A DNA stretch of 60,732 nt, counting the filler, from Sphacelaria rigidula (taxonomy: Eukaryota): NCBI GenBank assembly GCA_964200075.2. It is 7 parts of 7 records of this genome, joined end to end, with 100 filler letters (N's around TTAATTAATTAA, not from the genome) between each part and the next. Parts side by side here need not be neighbours in the genome. Positions count along the whole stretch, not along the records: positions 1 to 8,591 come from CAXNAA020010665.1; positions 8,692 to 17,282 come from CAXNAA020010666.1; 5 more parts are not named here. One strand, written 5' to 3'. The position numbers were made by a program, and so were the translations under genes. Under the pieces are notes generated by a model that did no database searches, had not been told where the DNA came from, and worked only from the letters and a program-made list of their open reading frames with translations. Within the stretch, counting starts at the first letter, position 1. Every line of letters starts with the position of its first letter. This document shows, in pieces, positions 1-10,234 of the stretch.

Positions 1-286
1 TGCCATAGTCATAACACCATTGACCTCGCATCCCTACAAAGCCGGGGCAGAGCACGCCCGGTTTTCGCCGGACCAGGCTCGCACTCAAACCACCAAGCGC
101 GATGCGCCGTGATGTGCTCGGCGAGTCGCAGGGTGAGCTGCATCCTGCTAAGATTGTTCGGCCGGAAGCCTACTGATTATCTTTCATTTGGATAACAGTC
201 TACAATGAGTTGCTTCATTTTCTGGTATCACCACTTCCAGAGACAGCCACGGCCTATACACTGCCTCATGGGTGCGTCACCATTTG
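1..286 (-). mobile_element. High-copy interspersed repeat 'family C' (putative SINE-like element with oligo-C tail), truncated by contig start
   Basis: Close match to 26073-26285, 52143-52214 and the reverse complements at 8692-8828 and 51851-52042 (e.g. ccattgacctcgcatccctacaaagccggg). Confidence 0.85.
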
Positions 287-317
287 TTTTGGAGGGGGGG
301 CTATCGTAGAAAGTGTC
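287..317. mobile_element. Solo terminal inverted repeat of MITE family A
   Basis: ttttggagggggggctatcgtagaaagtgtc matches the right ends at 4535, 7251 and 43526. Confidence 0.75.
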
Positions 318-519
318 ATACGCTGCAATTAACACCAGTTCCCCCTACAGAAAGACTGGCAGATCGCTGTCGACAAGCACGCACCACACTATGGCTGCGA
401 GCGTCCTCCCGGCGCGCTCGGACAGGCTGATTTGCTTTGATGCTTTGGTGCTGGTGCACTCCAGTAATATTCTTGTCTGCCTGCAATAGCCCTTGAACTA
501 GTTACTAGTCCCCTTTTTT

Positions 520-2960
520 GTCGGCCCCTACAGTAACTCGATCCAGACGCCACCAGGAATGACCATCGACTGACTGTATGAACGACTGGAACGCGCGGAG
601 TGTGCCGCCCTTGGTTGTGAAAAGTTGGATCTCCGTTCCTCTGATGTATTCGTCGCAGATCTTGCAGGCATGCTTGAAGCCCCCGAATGTCTCGGCGCGA
701 ATGATCCCCTCACGTTTGTGATGACTAGCTGGTAAGCTCCTTAGACCTTGCGGTCGCCCGTCTTCGGATGAGCCTGTTGGCGACTTCTTTCAACAGCACA
801 AACGTTACAATTCGGTATGCTTTCACCAATATCCCCCCGTAGGAGGTTCAAACTCTTGCGGTTAAGTTGCCTCATTTGTCGATGCCCCTCATTTGTCGAT
901 GCCATAGTGTGCCGGTAGCTGCAGCTTGCATTGCCAGTCCAAGCATGTCGCTAACCCAAATAAGTTCCAACGAAAAGCAAGAGGTTGCTCTCCGGCTCCT
1001 GGAGCGGGATGATAAATTCCCTTGTTTCCACTCGTGAATGATCCATGTCGAAGATGGGTACAACTCCATTTCGCTTCCCTTGCTTCACCGAGAAAAGGCT
1101 TCGCCCCAAGCGTGGTACGACCAAACACGAGGTTTGGATCAGGTGTTGCACCCCTTCGCGGTTGATGATATGCCCACGCAGCAGTCCCTGGCAGACACTC
1201 GGCAGTTGATATCCTCCTTTAGTTGTGACCTCCAGCTGTACAACCAGCTGTTGATAGTTGTGAGTTTGTGCCTCAATCCGTGAATGATGGGATCGTCGAA
1301 GGATTGTCCCGATGCCGCAATGACTTCCATCACATTGATGGTGCTTTTGCTACGGCTGTTCCACTCTCCTGCAATCGGTCCCACCGCAAGAGCTAATCCA
1401 TCCTGCAAGCCAGTGATGACGCCAAACAATTCGTGCTGGCTATCGTTGGTAAGCGTTACTTGATGATGCAAGGAGCTCCCGATCGCCAGTCAACCATATC
1501 GCCAATGTACAGGCTAGGGTGGTCAGTGCCCCGCTGATCGCCAGAAGTATGTTGTTGGCTCTGCCACGAAGCCCCAGTCCCTCGACTGGTTCTTGCTCTT
1601 CTTCCCGTGTGAGAGCAGACCCCCCAGTCTCCTCGCTGTTGACCCCCCCCCCCGAAGGTTCCCAAGGCTCCGAACGCTGCGAAGGCTCCGCTGTTGTCGA
1701 ACGAAGCAACTGATTTGTTGGTGGGAGCAAACGACGAGAGATCCTCCGCTTTCGTGGCGTTTTCTGTGTTTGGCGCTGCCACGGCGCTGAAGGAGATGGC
1801 AGGAGGCGGCTCCCCTGCCCCCTGTACCGGAGACCGCTGGGTAGCCTGACCACTGTGCGAAGTTGCGCTCGTGTTTTCACTGTTGGGCCTATGGTAGACA
1901 CGGCATTTCTCTCGCTCTGACTGTTGGTTGTGTCTCGCCACCACCCCTTTTCGCCATTTCGCCTTTTCGCCTTGCCACCTTGCCGCCTCACCCGTTCGTA
2001 CGTTGAGCCACTGTCCAAGCGGCGCAGTCAATCGCGACGTAGCCTCGCTTCCCGCAGAAGAAGCATATCATTCCGCTCTTTTTACGGCCGTCACTTTCCC
2101 CGCTTGCCTTCATGGCGACGCCGTGGCCTGCGACCGAGTTGCGGCGTTCGGGCAGGGAAGATGGTCGACGTACACGTTGCTGATCATGCGTCGAATGTCC
2201 GCCGAAGTAAAATCGCGTTTCTCACAACTGGCAATATGGACCTCCTTATATTCTACAAAAAGGGCTCGAAGAAGAAGATCGTCGCAACGTGTTTGAAGCG
2301 TTGACTGAACCAATTTCTCCGTACGCTTGTGGTAGCCGTCTATACCACGAGGAATTCGTCCGGGTCATCTCTGGACTGCATCCTGGCGATGTGCAACCTT
2401 TCGTGACACTCCCTCCTTGTCTCCTTGGTGTTACTGTACTGTTGTAGTTATTGTTTCGGTGCTGCCAGCGCCGCTTGTCCGTTGCCCACCCCATCCTCGT
2501 GAGTGTTGCACGTAAAACCGCTTGACGGTTTTATGCGGCGAAATTTCTGTGCTGCAATACGCAACACTGAACACATCGTGATTGGCACAGTCCTAGGCCG
2601 TCGGGGCTATTGCATCACGGGGCGGCGTATCGTCGCCGATCAGGGTGGTTTCCGGCCTCGGCTGGCCCTTCAGAATATCGGCCACCGCCTTGTGTTGAAG
2701 TGAAAGTTTGACGCGGAGTTTAACTTTTCACTCCCTGGAACTGGCTCTATCCCTGCCGTCGGGTCGTGCGCATAGCCTCAGCATCCTTTCATGTTCTTAG
2801 CGTTGTCTGCGATGGAAATCCTGTTCGTCTCAGAGCGAATGAAACAGGGAGAAGCGAATGGCACTGTCGTCAGGACTGGATCGTCCGATTTAACGGCTCA
2901 TCCCCACGCCCCTTAACTTCAACGTCACCAAGGGGGGAGGAGGGACGATAGAAAAAACAC
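520..2960 (-). mobile_element. Degenerate Ty1/Copia LTR retrotransposon internal region (gag, protease, start of integrase)
   Basis: Minus-strand fragments in Copia order: gag-like 'TKETRRECHERLHIARMQSRDDPDEFLVV'; decayed DSGAS protease region 'INVMEVIAASGQSFDDPIIHGLRHKL'; 'CLVVPRLGRSLFSVKQ'; pre-integrase 'LWHRQM'; CxxC 'CNVCAVEKSRQQAHPKT'. Many stops and frameshifts; no LTRs seen; boundaries approximate. Confidence 0.8.
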
Positions 2961-3009
2961 CGCCGATTGTCAGGTAGTACCTCACCACAGTAGTAGTATT
3001 TCCTACCCC

Positions 3010-3970
3010 CGCTTACAGCATTGAGGGCAGAGTTGGGAATTTACTCACTTGAAACAGAGACATCAGAAAATTGCGGTGTCATTGTAGCTTCAAGAACATG
3101 CAGAGAAAGAGATTGCCAGCTATAGTTGATAAAGCTGTATAGAAGGAAATGACGGAAGGGCAGGCGGGAACAAGGTGGGATAGAGAAGTCGAGAAAGTGT
3201 CGAAGGACAGGAGAAAACCGAGATGAAATACTGCCCATAGATGAAGGTGGGGGGTACAAGACAAACGTAAGAGATATGATGAAAAGAGGGGAGCAAGGAA
3301 CGCCAAGACGCAACGTTGACGAGGAAGAACACCTGAAGGTATGCGGGGGGTTGCGATAGGAGATATGGATGATGGCATATTTGCATGGCCCGATGGACGC
3401 GGCGAAAGATTCGAACGTGTGGATTCGGGGTGGGGGACCTGGACCTGCCAGAAAGGAGAAAGAGATATACCAGTCATCGAGAGGAGGAAGTAGATTCACA
3501 TAATTGCCCCTGTGGCAAAGCAATAGAGAGCAGAAGTCATATAGTGGCAGAATGTGAACTATACAAGTAGGAACGGGACGTGCTAGAGGGGGAGAAATGC
3601 GGGACGTGAACGAAGGTGGCATGAAAACGTTTAATGTATTATGCCGTAACGAAAAACCGATAGCTATACTAGGAGATAGATGGTGGACACAGACGGCGAA
3701 ACAGGACGGGAATAAGATATGTGAAAGGTTTTTGTGTAATGTATGGAAGAAAGGCAATGAGCACCCAAATGTTGGAGGTATTCCTATTAGGAGTAGGAAC
3801 GGTGCTCCGTTTCGAAAGGGATGCGCGGTCAATGGTCAAACGACTAAGGCACGCAACAACTGAGTGCGCCCTTCCCTCCCCTGTAGTGCTCCATCTCGAA
3901 AGGGATGCGTGGTCAATGGTTAAACGACTAAGGCAACCAACACATGAGTACCCCCCCCCCCCTTCCCCCT
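3010..3970 (+). mobile_element. 5'-truncated LINE, 3' end of ORF2 with CCHC-type zinc knuckle; last ~85 nt tandemly duplicated
   Basis: 'GVGDLDLPERRKRY...CPCGKAIESRSHIVAECELYK...ILGDRWW...GCAVNGQTTKARNN*'; second copy at 8840-9078; ends in tgagtac(C)n. Confidence 0.75.
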
Positions 3971-4277
3971 TCTGTCTCTTTTAAAAGTATGCTTATACTC
4001 CCTCTCTTTTTACATATCTTCTCGTTTTCCCCCTAGCTTGGCGTTTCCCTGTTTTTGTTCCCATTTGTTTTGTCTTTTTTATATTGTAGCCGTATCTGTG
4101 CCTCGCTCTTGCAGAGCTCGTGGGTGGGTTTTCCATCCCGAAATAATGTGGTTCTCACAGACCCGAGCCACAATCGCTTTCTATCGTTTCCTTATTTGTT
4201 ACTTTCGTTTTTGACCTGTGTTTGTCTTTATACCGCCCCCGTTTCTGGAGGCATGTGGCAGGGGGCCACCCTGTCTC

Positions 4278-4536
4278 GACACTTTTCACGATACCCCCTC
4301 CCCCCCCCAGAAAAAAACAGCCCAAAAATATAACGAAAAAAATGGTCATACAGCGCCTGATGTTTGGGTTTAGGCTGCATGAAGCGCCTCATATGGGCGA
4401 CATTGGCGAGAACTATCCCAAGCGTGGGAGTTTCCAGCTGCTCGTTGTGCTCGACTTTTTCCATTTCAGTTTACGTGAATATTTTGCCTCCCCGAACCGG
4501 GCACCTTTTGAGGGGGGGACTATCGTAAAAAGTGTA
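4278..4536. mobile_element. MITE family A, full copy, 4-bp TSD TCTC
   Basis: TIRs gacacttttcacgataccccc / ggggactatcgtaaaaagtgta; interior aligns with 7001-7251; tctc on both flanks. Confidence 0.85.
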
Positions 4537-5888
4537 TCTCTCTTTTCGTTAGAAAGTTTCGGAATCGTTTTTTCTATCAAACGCTTTTCATCTGTATGCG
4601 TCAGGTTGAATAACAAAACAACGAAGGATCCAGAAGTGCAATGAACCTTCAGCGTGGAAAAGACGTGGGTTTGATCCCCAGCAGATGCGTTTAGGCCGCT
4701 CTGTAAAGTATCCAATATCTGCCATTGAAAGCGTGATAACATGAGTAGCGAAAACAGATTGAGTGACTACACTTGTCCGAGACTTGGAGCGGTGCAGGAG
4801 TATTGGTCCAATCCGCGAGGCAAAAATGGAAGACGTGTCGTGGGGGAGAAATGGGTTCATTCCTTCACACCACAGATTCGTCCTGAGGAAGGGAAGAGGT
4901 TGAAAGTGTGGCGAAGTATATAGCATGATGTGCTGCTACGCTCACAAATGTGTGAAGTCAGTTCTATTTTTCAGAATATGAGTCATTTTTCACGTTAAGC
5001 CGACAAACAACATCGAAAAACCAACTTCTGCCGGCTCAAGGCAGGGAGGGGATCAATTAGTAGCTCGCTGCTTGCTGCAATGCGAGTAGAGGAAACACGG
5101 CTCGGATACTATAGAACTCACAACCATGGGAACGTATTGGGCGTGTCATTTGATACAAGATATATTTAACGTTTACTTGGCTGCTGCTAGTGTGATCCAC
5201 GTGTTGGGGCGTTGGCCTTTCGTAAACTGTGAGCAGGGGAAGCTTTCGGGGCACAAACAGCAGTACACATTGGAAGGGGTGGTGCCTTGAAAATGCTAGT
5301 TCCTTCTCGCTCGGCTAAGGCCACCACGACTTCGGCACGCGCGAGATCTGGTCCGATCACGACCAGGGGCATTTGCCTGACCAACGAACAACCTACCGTT
5401 TCGTTTGTAGCTCATGCCGTTCAGTGCTGACGCAAAAAGTCTTGTCTGAGTCTCTAGAGCGGCAGCGACCGGTTTGCGTGACCGCGCAATGCACGCTGTA
5501 CCAGCTGTGAGTGATCTGTAGTCAGGTAAAGCCCAGACACAAAAAAACAAATGTCCACACCGTCAACGGATAAGCTATGAAACATCAGCTCGGGTTACGA
5601 AGTCTCAGACCGTCGGACCCCCACTGGAAGTGTCGGGGGATAATGCTGCAGTGCAGAGTTGAATGCGCCACGACCATGTTCTGCGCACTGCGAGATGTCT
5701 TTGTACTGTCCGCACAAACCTGCTCACAAGCATACGCATATTGATCAGAACAGATCGAAGAAATGCCTTTTTTTTCAATCTCGATCTCGACAGCCCATCA
5801 AGAAAAGTCACGTCGAGCTAAGTTATGCTAACAACGTTCTGCGGGGGGGGAACCAACGCTTGGTCAGTTAGGCTGACAACTCATCACA

Positions 5889-6311
5889 ACACGGGATTTT
5901 ACAAATTGGGAATGGATGTTTTATTGGGGATGAAAACCCGGAGAATTAAAACCTTCGTATCCACACCAAATCTTCGAAGTATGCTTCCATTTCTTCACTT
6001 GCCGGTAGCTATTGACAACTACTTCACGCCATACAAGTTTGGATTTCGAAATGTCGGGGTCCTAGGTGAAAAAACAATTTTGGAGTCCGATCTGGCGCCT
6101 GAAACCCCCCCAAAAATGGTTTTTCACCGAGGACCCCAACATTTCGGTTATCGAAATCCAATTTTTTGTGGCGTGTAGTAGTTGTCAATAGCTACCAGCA
6201 AGTGAAGAAATGGAAGCTTACTTCGAATATTTGGTGTGGATACGAAGCTTTTAATTCCCCGGGTTTTCATCCCCAATAGAACATCCATCCCCGATTTGTA
6301 AAATTATGTGT
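5889..6311. mobile_element. Long fold-back element (arms about 190-200 bp)
   Basis: Left arm ttttacaaattgggaatggatg...ggggtcctaggtgaaaaa is the near reverse complement of tttttcaccgaggacccc...catccatccccgatttgtaaaa. Confidence 0.85.
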
Positions 6312-7000
6312 TTCACGCTGACGTTGATCAAAACTCACGCGTTTTTTCAAAGCTCTCGTTAGTTTTGTTATCGCGACCGCTGAGTGGTTGAATTTTTTAC
6401 GCGCGAGATAATTACCCTCGCACATTACACCCACATTGAACCATTTGGGCACAGTCTGAACACTCTATATTCTCTGTATTACTGAGACCCTAAGGTGTAG
6501 GTCGGCTGCTCTCTACGGGGAAATATCCATATATTAGCAACAGGAACACGGCATTACACTATTGACATAATGACATACAGTATCGTCATTATCACGTTTC
6601 TGTAAGGAACGCATACGTTTGAGCGCTGCAGCTGTATCTTGTAAGATATGGATGAAGTTTCAGTGTATTCATTGCGGATTGCCATGAACTTATGTCAATG
6701 GGCGAAGATACGTCAAAAGGATGCTCGCAAATCGATTGCACTACATCGGTGCAGCGATTACTGTTGGGAACGCTGAACGCTCGGTACATGCAACGAAAAC
6801 TTGAGAGAATGTGCAAAAAGTCAAACTGCAACGGCAAGTTCATGCGTGAAGCTGTGATACGTTCAGGCGAAAAGCGATGAATACACGACCAGCGGGTATG
6901 TATTCAAGAGGAAAACCATGACAAAATAATTCCGTCGCATGGAACTACCAGCATCATGTATGTGATGCTAGAAACAAACGAGGACGAAATCGGAAGAAAA

Positions 7001-7251
7001 AACACTTTCTACGGTAGCCCCCCCCAAAACACCAGCCCAAAAGTGTCACGAAAAAAATGGCCATACAGCGCCTGATGTTTGGGTTCACGCTGCGCATGAA
7101 GCGCTTCATATTGACAACATTAGCGAGAACGAACCCAAGCGTGGGAATTCCCAGCTGCTCGTTGTGCTCGGCATTTCCAGTTTCGATTTCCGTGAAGATT
7201 TTGCCTCCCAAAACCATGCACTTCGGGGGGGGGGCTATCGTAGAAAATGTC
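7001..7251. mobile_element. MITE family A, full copy, 4-bp TSD AAAA
   Basis: TIRs aacactttctacggtagcccccc / ggggggctatcgtagaaaatgtc; interior similar to 4278-4536. Confidence 0.85.
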
Positions 7252-7744
7252 AAAATCAAACGTTTGACGATGACGACGAACAGGAAGAACACGTCATCGT
7301 ATAGCATGGATGCATGCTGGCGAGAGCGTTGGAGAGAGTGTCGACGTATCAGTCATCAACATGTAGGAGATATTGTGTTGCCTTCCGCAACAAAAATCTG
7401 AAAATATCAGCCTTCGAGGACCAGATGGTCGATGCTAAAAAAAGCATGTATTGGTTTTGTCGTTAATGGTAGCACCTTCTGTTTCTTTACAGCGCACACT
7501 TCGCACCAGAGCAAAAAGCAGGGACATGATGACATGAATGTTTAACGAAATCGTCACACACAAAATAAGGTACGCCATGTGCACGTGAAGACGAGGGCCA
7601 TGGTGGGGATGAGGAGGCTTGCATTCGGTGCGATTCCGTGACAAGTCTGTGCTCGAGTCATATTCCATTCCAGCGAGATTGAATCTCACGCTTGCAGTGA
7701 ACTAAACGTGTATTATAGCAGAGACGTCCTCAGGAACTGCAAGA

Positions 7745-7961
7745 GAGTGATGTCGCGATAGCCTCCCCAGAACAGTGGCTGGATTAAGGAGTCAGAATCT
7801 AGATAGATGTAAATAAAATGACGAAAGTTGAGCACACCGAGCAGCAGGGAACGCACACGCTTGTGCCATGTAGTCTGAAACCAGCCATCACGCGCGGCAT
7901 GGACATTTTCTTCGTAACAGTTTAGGACTGGTTTTCGGGGGGCGGCTATCGCGACATACTC
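7745..7961. mobile_element. MITE family B, 4-bp TSD AAGA
   Basis: TIRs gagtgatgtcgcgatagcctcccc / ggggcggctatcgcgacatactc; aaga on both flanks. Confidence 0.75.
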
Positions 7962-8538
7962 AAGAGGCGATCAAAAAGCATCTGGCTCGTCGCTCAGGAC
8001 CCTCCACTTCACGCTCGACGCCAAACCCTTTCATATGACGAGTCATTAATCAACTTCGTTCTCGACAAACGCGGGGTACCTGGATACGGTGTCATAATCC
8101 GGCATCGATGCAAAAAAACGTGCCGTGTCCGGAGGGGTATGACGGGAAGGCGCAGAGCAGAGGTATATAGAGGACTATACGTGCGACGGTTCATGAAGAT
8201 GTGAGGCCCAAGGAGTCAGCGAAACGACGTAACCCCTACAGGAAAACTTCACACATAAACCTGCGGAAAACAGACGAAAACCAGGCACCCCTTCATCCCG
8301 AGGCAGAGTACCCGTTGGTGCAACTGCCTATGGACCGGAACACGTCGTTGACATGCCTTGCCTAGAGATTCCTGGAGGTCGCGACAAATTTCGAAAGTCA
8401 TTGTTAGACAGCGGCGGAACCTACGTTTTACCGTGCATGCTGCCAGTAGCACCGCCATGTGCTAGTGGTACTGGTATGTGCCGGTGGCACCATGCACGCT
8501 AATGGAGGGTAGCTGCAGGGGTCTGCCGTTTTCTTTCT

Positions 8539-8585
8539 GGGGGGGGGGGGGTACTCATGATCATGCATGCCATAGTCATAAGACC
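8539..8585 (-). mobile_element. Family C 3' end (oligo-C tail read as a G-run)
   Basis: (G)13 tactcatgatcatgcatgccatagtcataagacc. Confidence 0.8.
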
Positions 8586-8591
8586 CAGAGG

Positions 8592-8691
8592 NNNNNNNNN
8601 NNNNNNNNNNNNNNNNNNNNNNNNNNNNNNNNNNNTTAATTAATTAANNNNNNNNNNNNNNNNNNNNNNNNNNNNNNNNNNNNNNNNNNNN
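8592..8691. other. Artificial contig linker
   Basis: 44 N + TTAATTAATTAA (stops in all six frames) + 44 N. Confidence 0.99.
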
Positions 8692-8828
8692 TTCGCACTT
8701 GGTGATTGAGTGCGAGCCTGGTCTGGCGAAAACCCGGCGTGCCCCGTCCCGGCTTTGTAGGGATGCGAGGTCAATAGTCTTATAACTATGGCATGCATGA
8801 TCATGAGTACCCACCCCTCCCCTCCCCG
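8692..8828 (+). mobile_element. Family C 3' part with oligo-C tail
   Basis: Reverse complement of positions 1-100; ends catgagtacccacccctcccctcccc. Confidence 0.85.
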
Positions 8829-8839
8829 ATGCATTTAGT

Positions 8840-9078
8840 CAGTAGCGGGAAAACAATCGCTATACCAGGAGATGAATGGCGACCACAGACGGCGAAACAG
8901 GACCAGGATGAGATCTGTATAATATTTCTGAGTAATGTGTGGGAGAAACGTAATGAGCGCCGGAATGTTGAAGGTATCTCTGTCAGGAGTAGGAACGGTG
9001 CTCCGTCTCGAAAAGGGTGCGTGGTCAGTGATCAAATGACCAAGGCAAGCAACGAATGAGTATGCCCCATCCGCCCTC
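8840..9078 (+). mobile_element. LINE 3' end, second copy
   Basis: 'KTIAIPGDEWRPQTAKQDQDEIC...RSRNGAPSRKGCVVSDQMTKASNE*' is homologous to 3650-3863. Confidence 0.8.
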
Positions 9079-9499
9079 ATCCTGACATTTTGTTCCTCGA
9101 CGGTGGACGACGTGAGTGTGGTGGTGTTCTCTATCTTGAAATTTTCTTGGAATTCATATTTTTTTGCGGTGTCCGCTTACCTTCTTTGAAAAAATACGTT
9201 CCCGTTTATTTTGTCTCCACTCATCTGTGACCACTGGTTCGACAGGTCGGCCAATTCTGAGGGAATAATAGCAATAATGATGATGGTAATCACGAACATG
9301 ATGTGTGAAAAGAGGTCGTTGACATTTCCTTTTTGGTCCGCCTGCGTCATTCCATGCCCTGAACAACGGCTAGACGATGTCGACATCTTTGGCGGACTTG
9401 CTATACTCGATGAGACCGTTTGAAGACACCTTTACGTTCTCCAGTGGCCGCGTTGTGTCTTCTTTGGTCAAAGTCGCTTTTTCAATAGCACAGGACCAA

Positions 9500-9685
9500 G
9501 TAATAAAAAAACAAGAAAAATCTTGACTTGGTCTTTGTTTTTGAAAATGCAAGCTTGGTGAAGAAAAAAACTGCCGCCACCGGGAAACGTAACATAAAAA
9601 AACGAGAAAAATCTTGACTTGGCCTTTTTTAATTGAAAATGCAAGCCTGGTGGAAAAAAAACCCTCTGCCACCGGGAAATGTAAC
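9500..9685. repeat. Two direct copies of a ~90-bp unit
   Basis: gaaaaatcttgacttgg...ttgaaaatgcaagc.tggtg...gccaccgggaaa.gtaac occurs twice. Confidence 0.85.
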
Positions 9686-9825
9686 GGTGTCCTAGAACGG
9701 TCTCCACGAGTATGGTGAGCCATTCCAAGGTGTCAACATCCACCTGGCCCGCTTTCATGGCGTGCAACGACGCAGAAGGACCAAAACGAAGTTTTCAATT
9801 TTTTCTTTACACATAAGAAGTGTCC

Positions 9826-10006
9826 TTATTATTTTGATTATTATTATTTTTGTAATTATAACCATGACTATGATTGTGATGGTGATTAATCATAATCGTT
9901 ATCATAATCATAATCATAATCATAACGATAGTCATAATTATATTCATAATCGTAATCGTAATACTAACAATGATAATATAACAACAACAAACAACATCGA
10001 TAATAA
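9826..10006. repeat. Compound AT-rich microsatellite (ATT/ATC/ATA/ACA)
   Basis: Directly visible triplet and hexamer repeats. Confidence 0.9.
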
Positions 10007-10045
10007 TTTTGTCTCACTCTCCTGCTGCTGTTACTCTTGTTACAG

Positions 10046-10234
10046 GTGGTGGACGACGTGTCGGAGCGAGAAGCAGCTCTCGTCGGGGGAATCTCTAAGC
10101 AACCGACCCGGTATAGGTGGGACGAGGGAGGTTTTTACGAGGTGCTTAAGGCGAGAGTAAAAGGCTACTTTCTGAAGAAGCACGGGCAGGGTGAAGTGGA
10201 CCCACGGAAAGTCTCCGTTAACCGCTATATCAAG
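10046..10234 (+). CDS. Internal coding exon, probably a cytochrome b5-fused (front-end) fatty-acid desaturase linker region
   Basis: Acceptor tcttgttacag|, donor |gtgagt, 189 nt, phase 0/0, open: VVDDVSEREAALVGGISKQPTRYRWDEGGFYEVLKARVKGYFLKKHGQGEVDPRKVSVNRYIK. FYxxLKxRVxxYF is typical of this desaturase linker. No His boxes seen in this contig. Confidence 0.6.

Noticed and set aside
8430..8500. Small imperfect hairpin (cgtgcatg.tgcca ... tggca.catgcacg)
   Set aside because: Too short and single-copy here to support a call.
8592..8691. Regularly spaced TTAATTAATTAA motif every ~8.69 kb
   Set aside because: Artificial six-frame-stop linker between length-sorted contigs; not biological. ORFs containing X-runs that cross it are artefacts.
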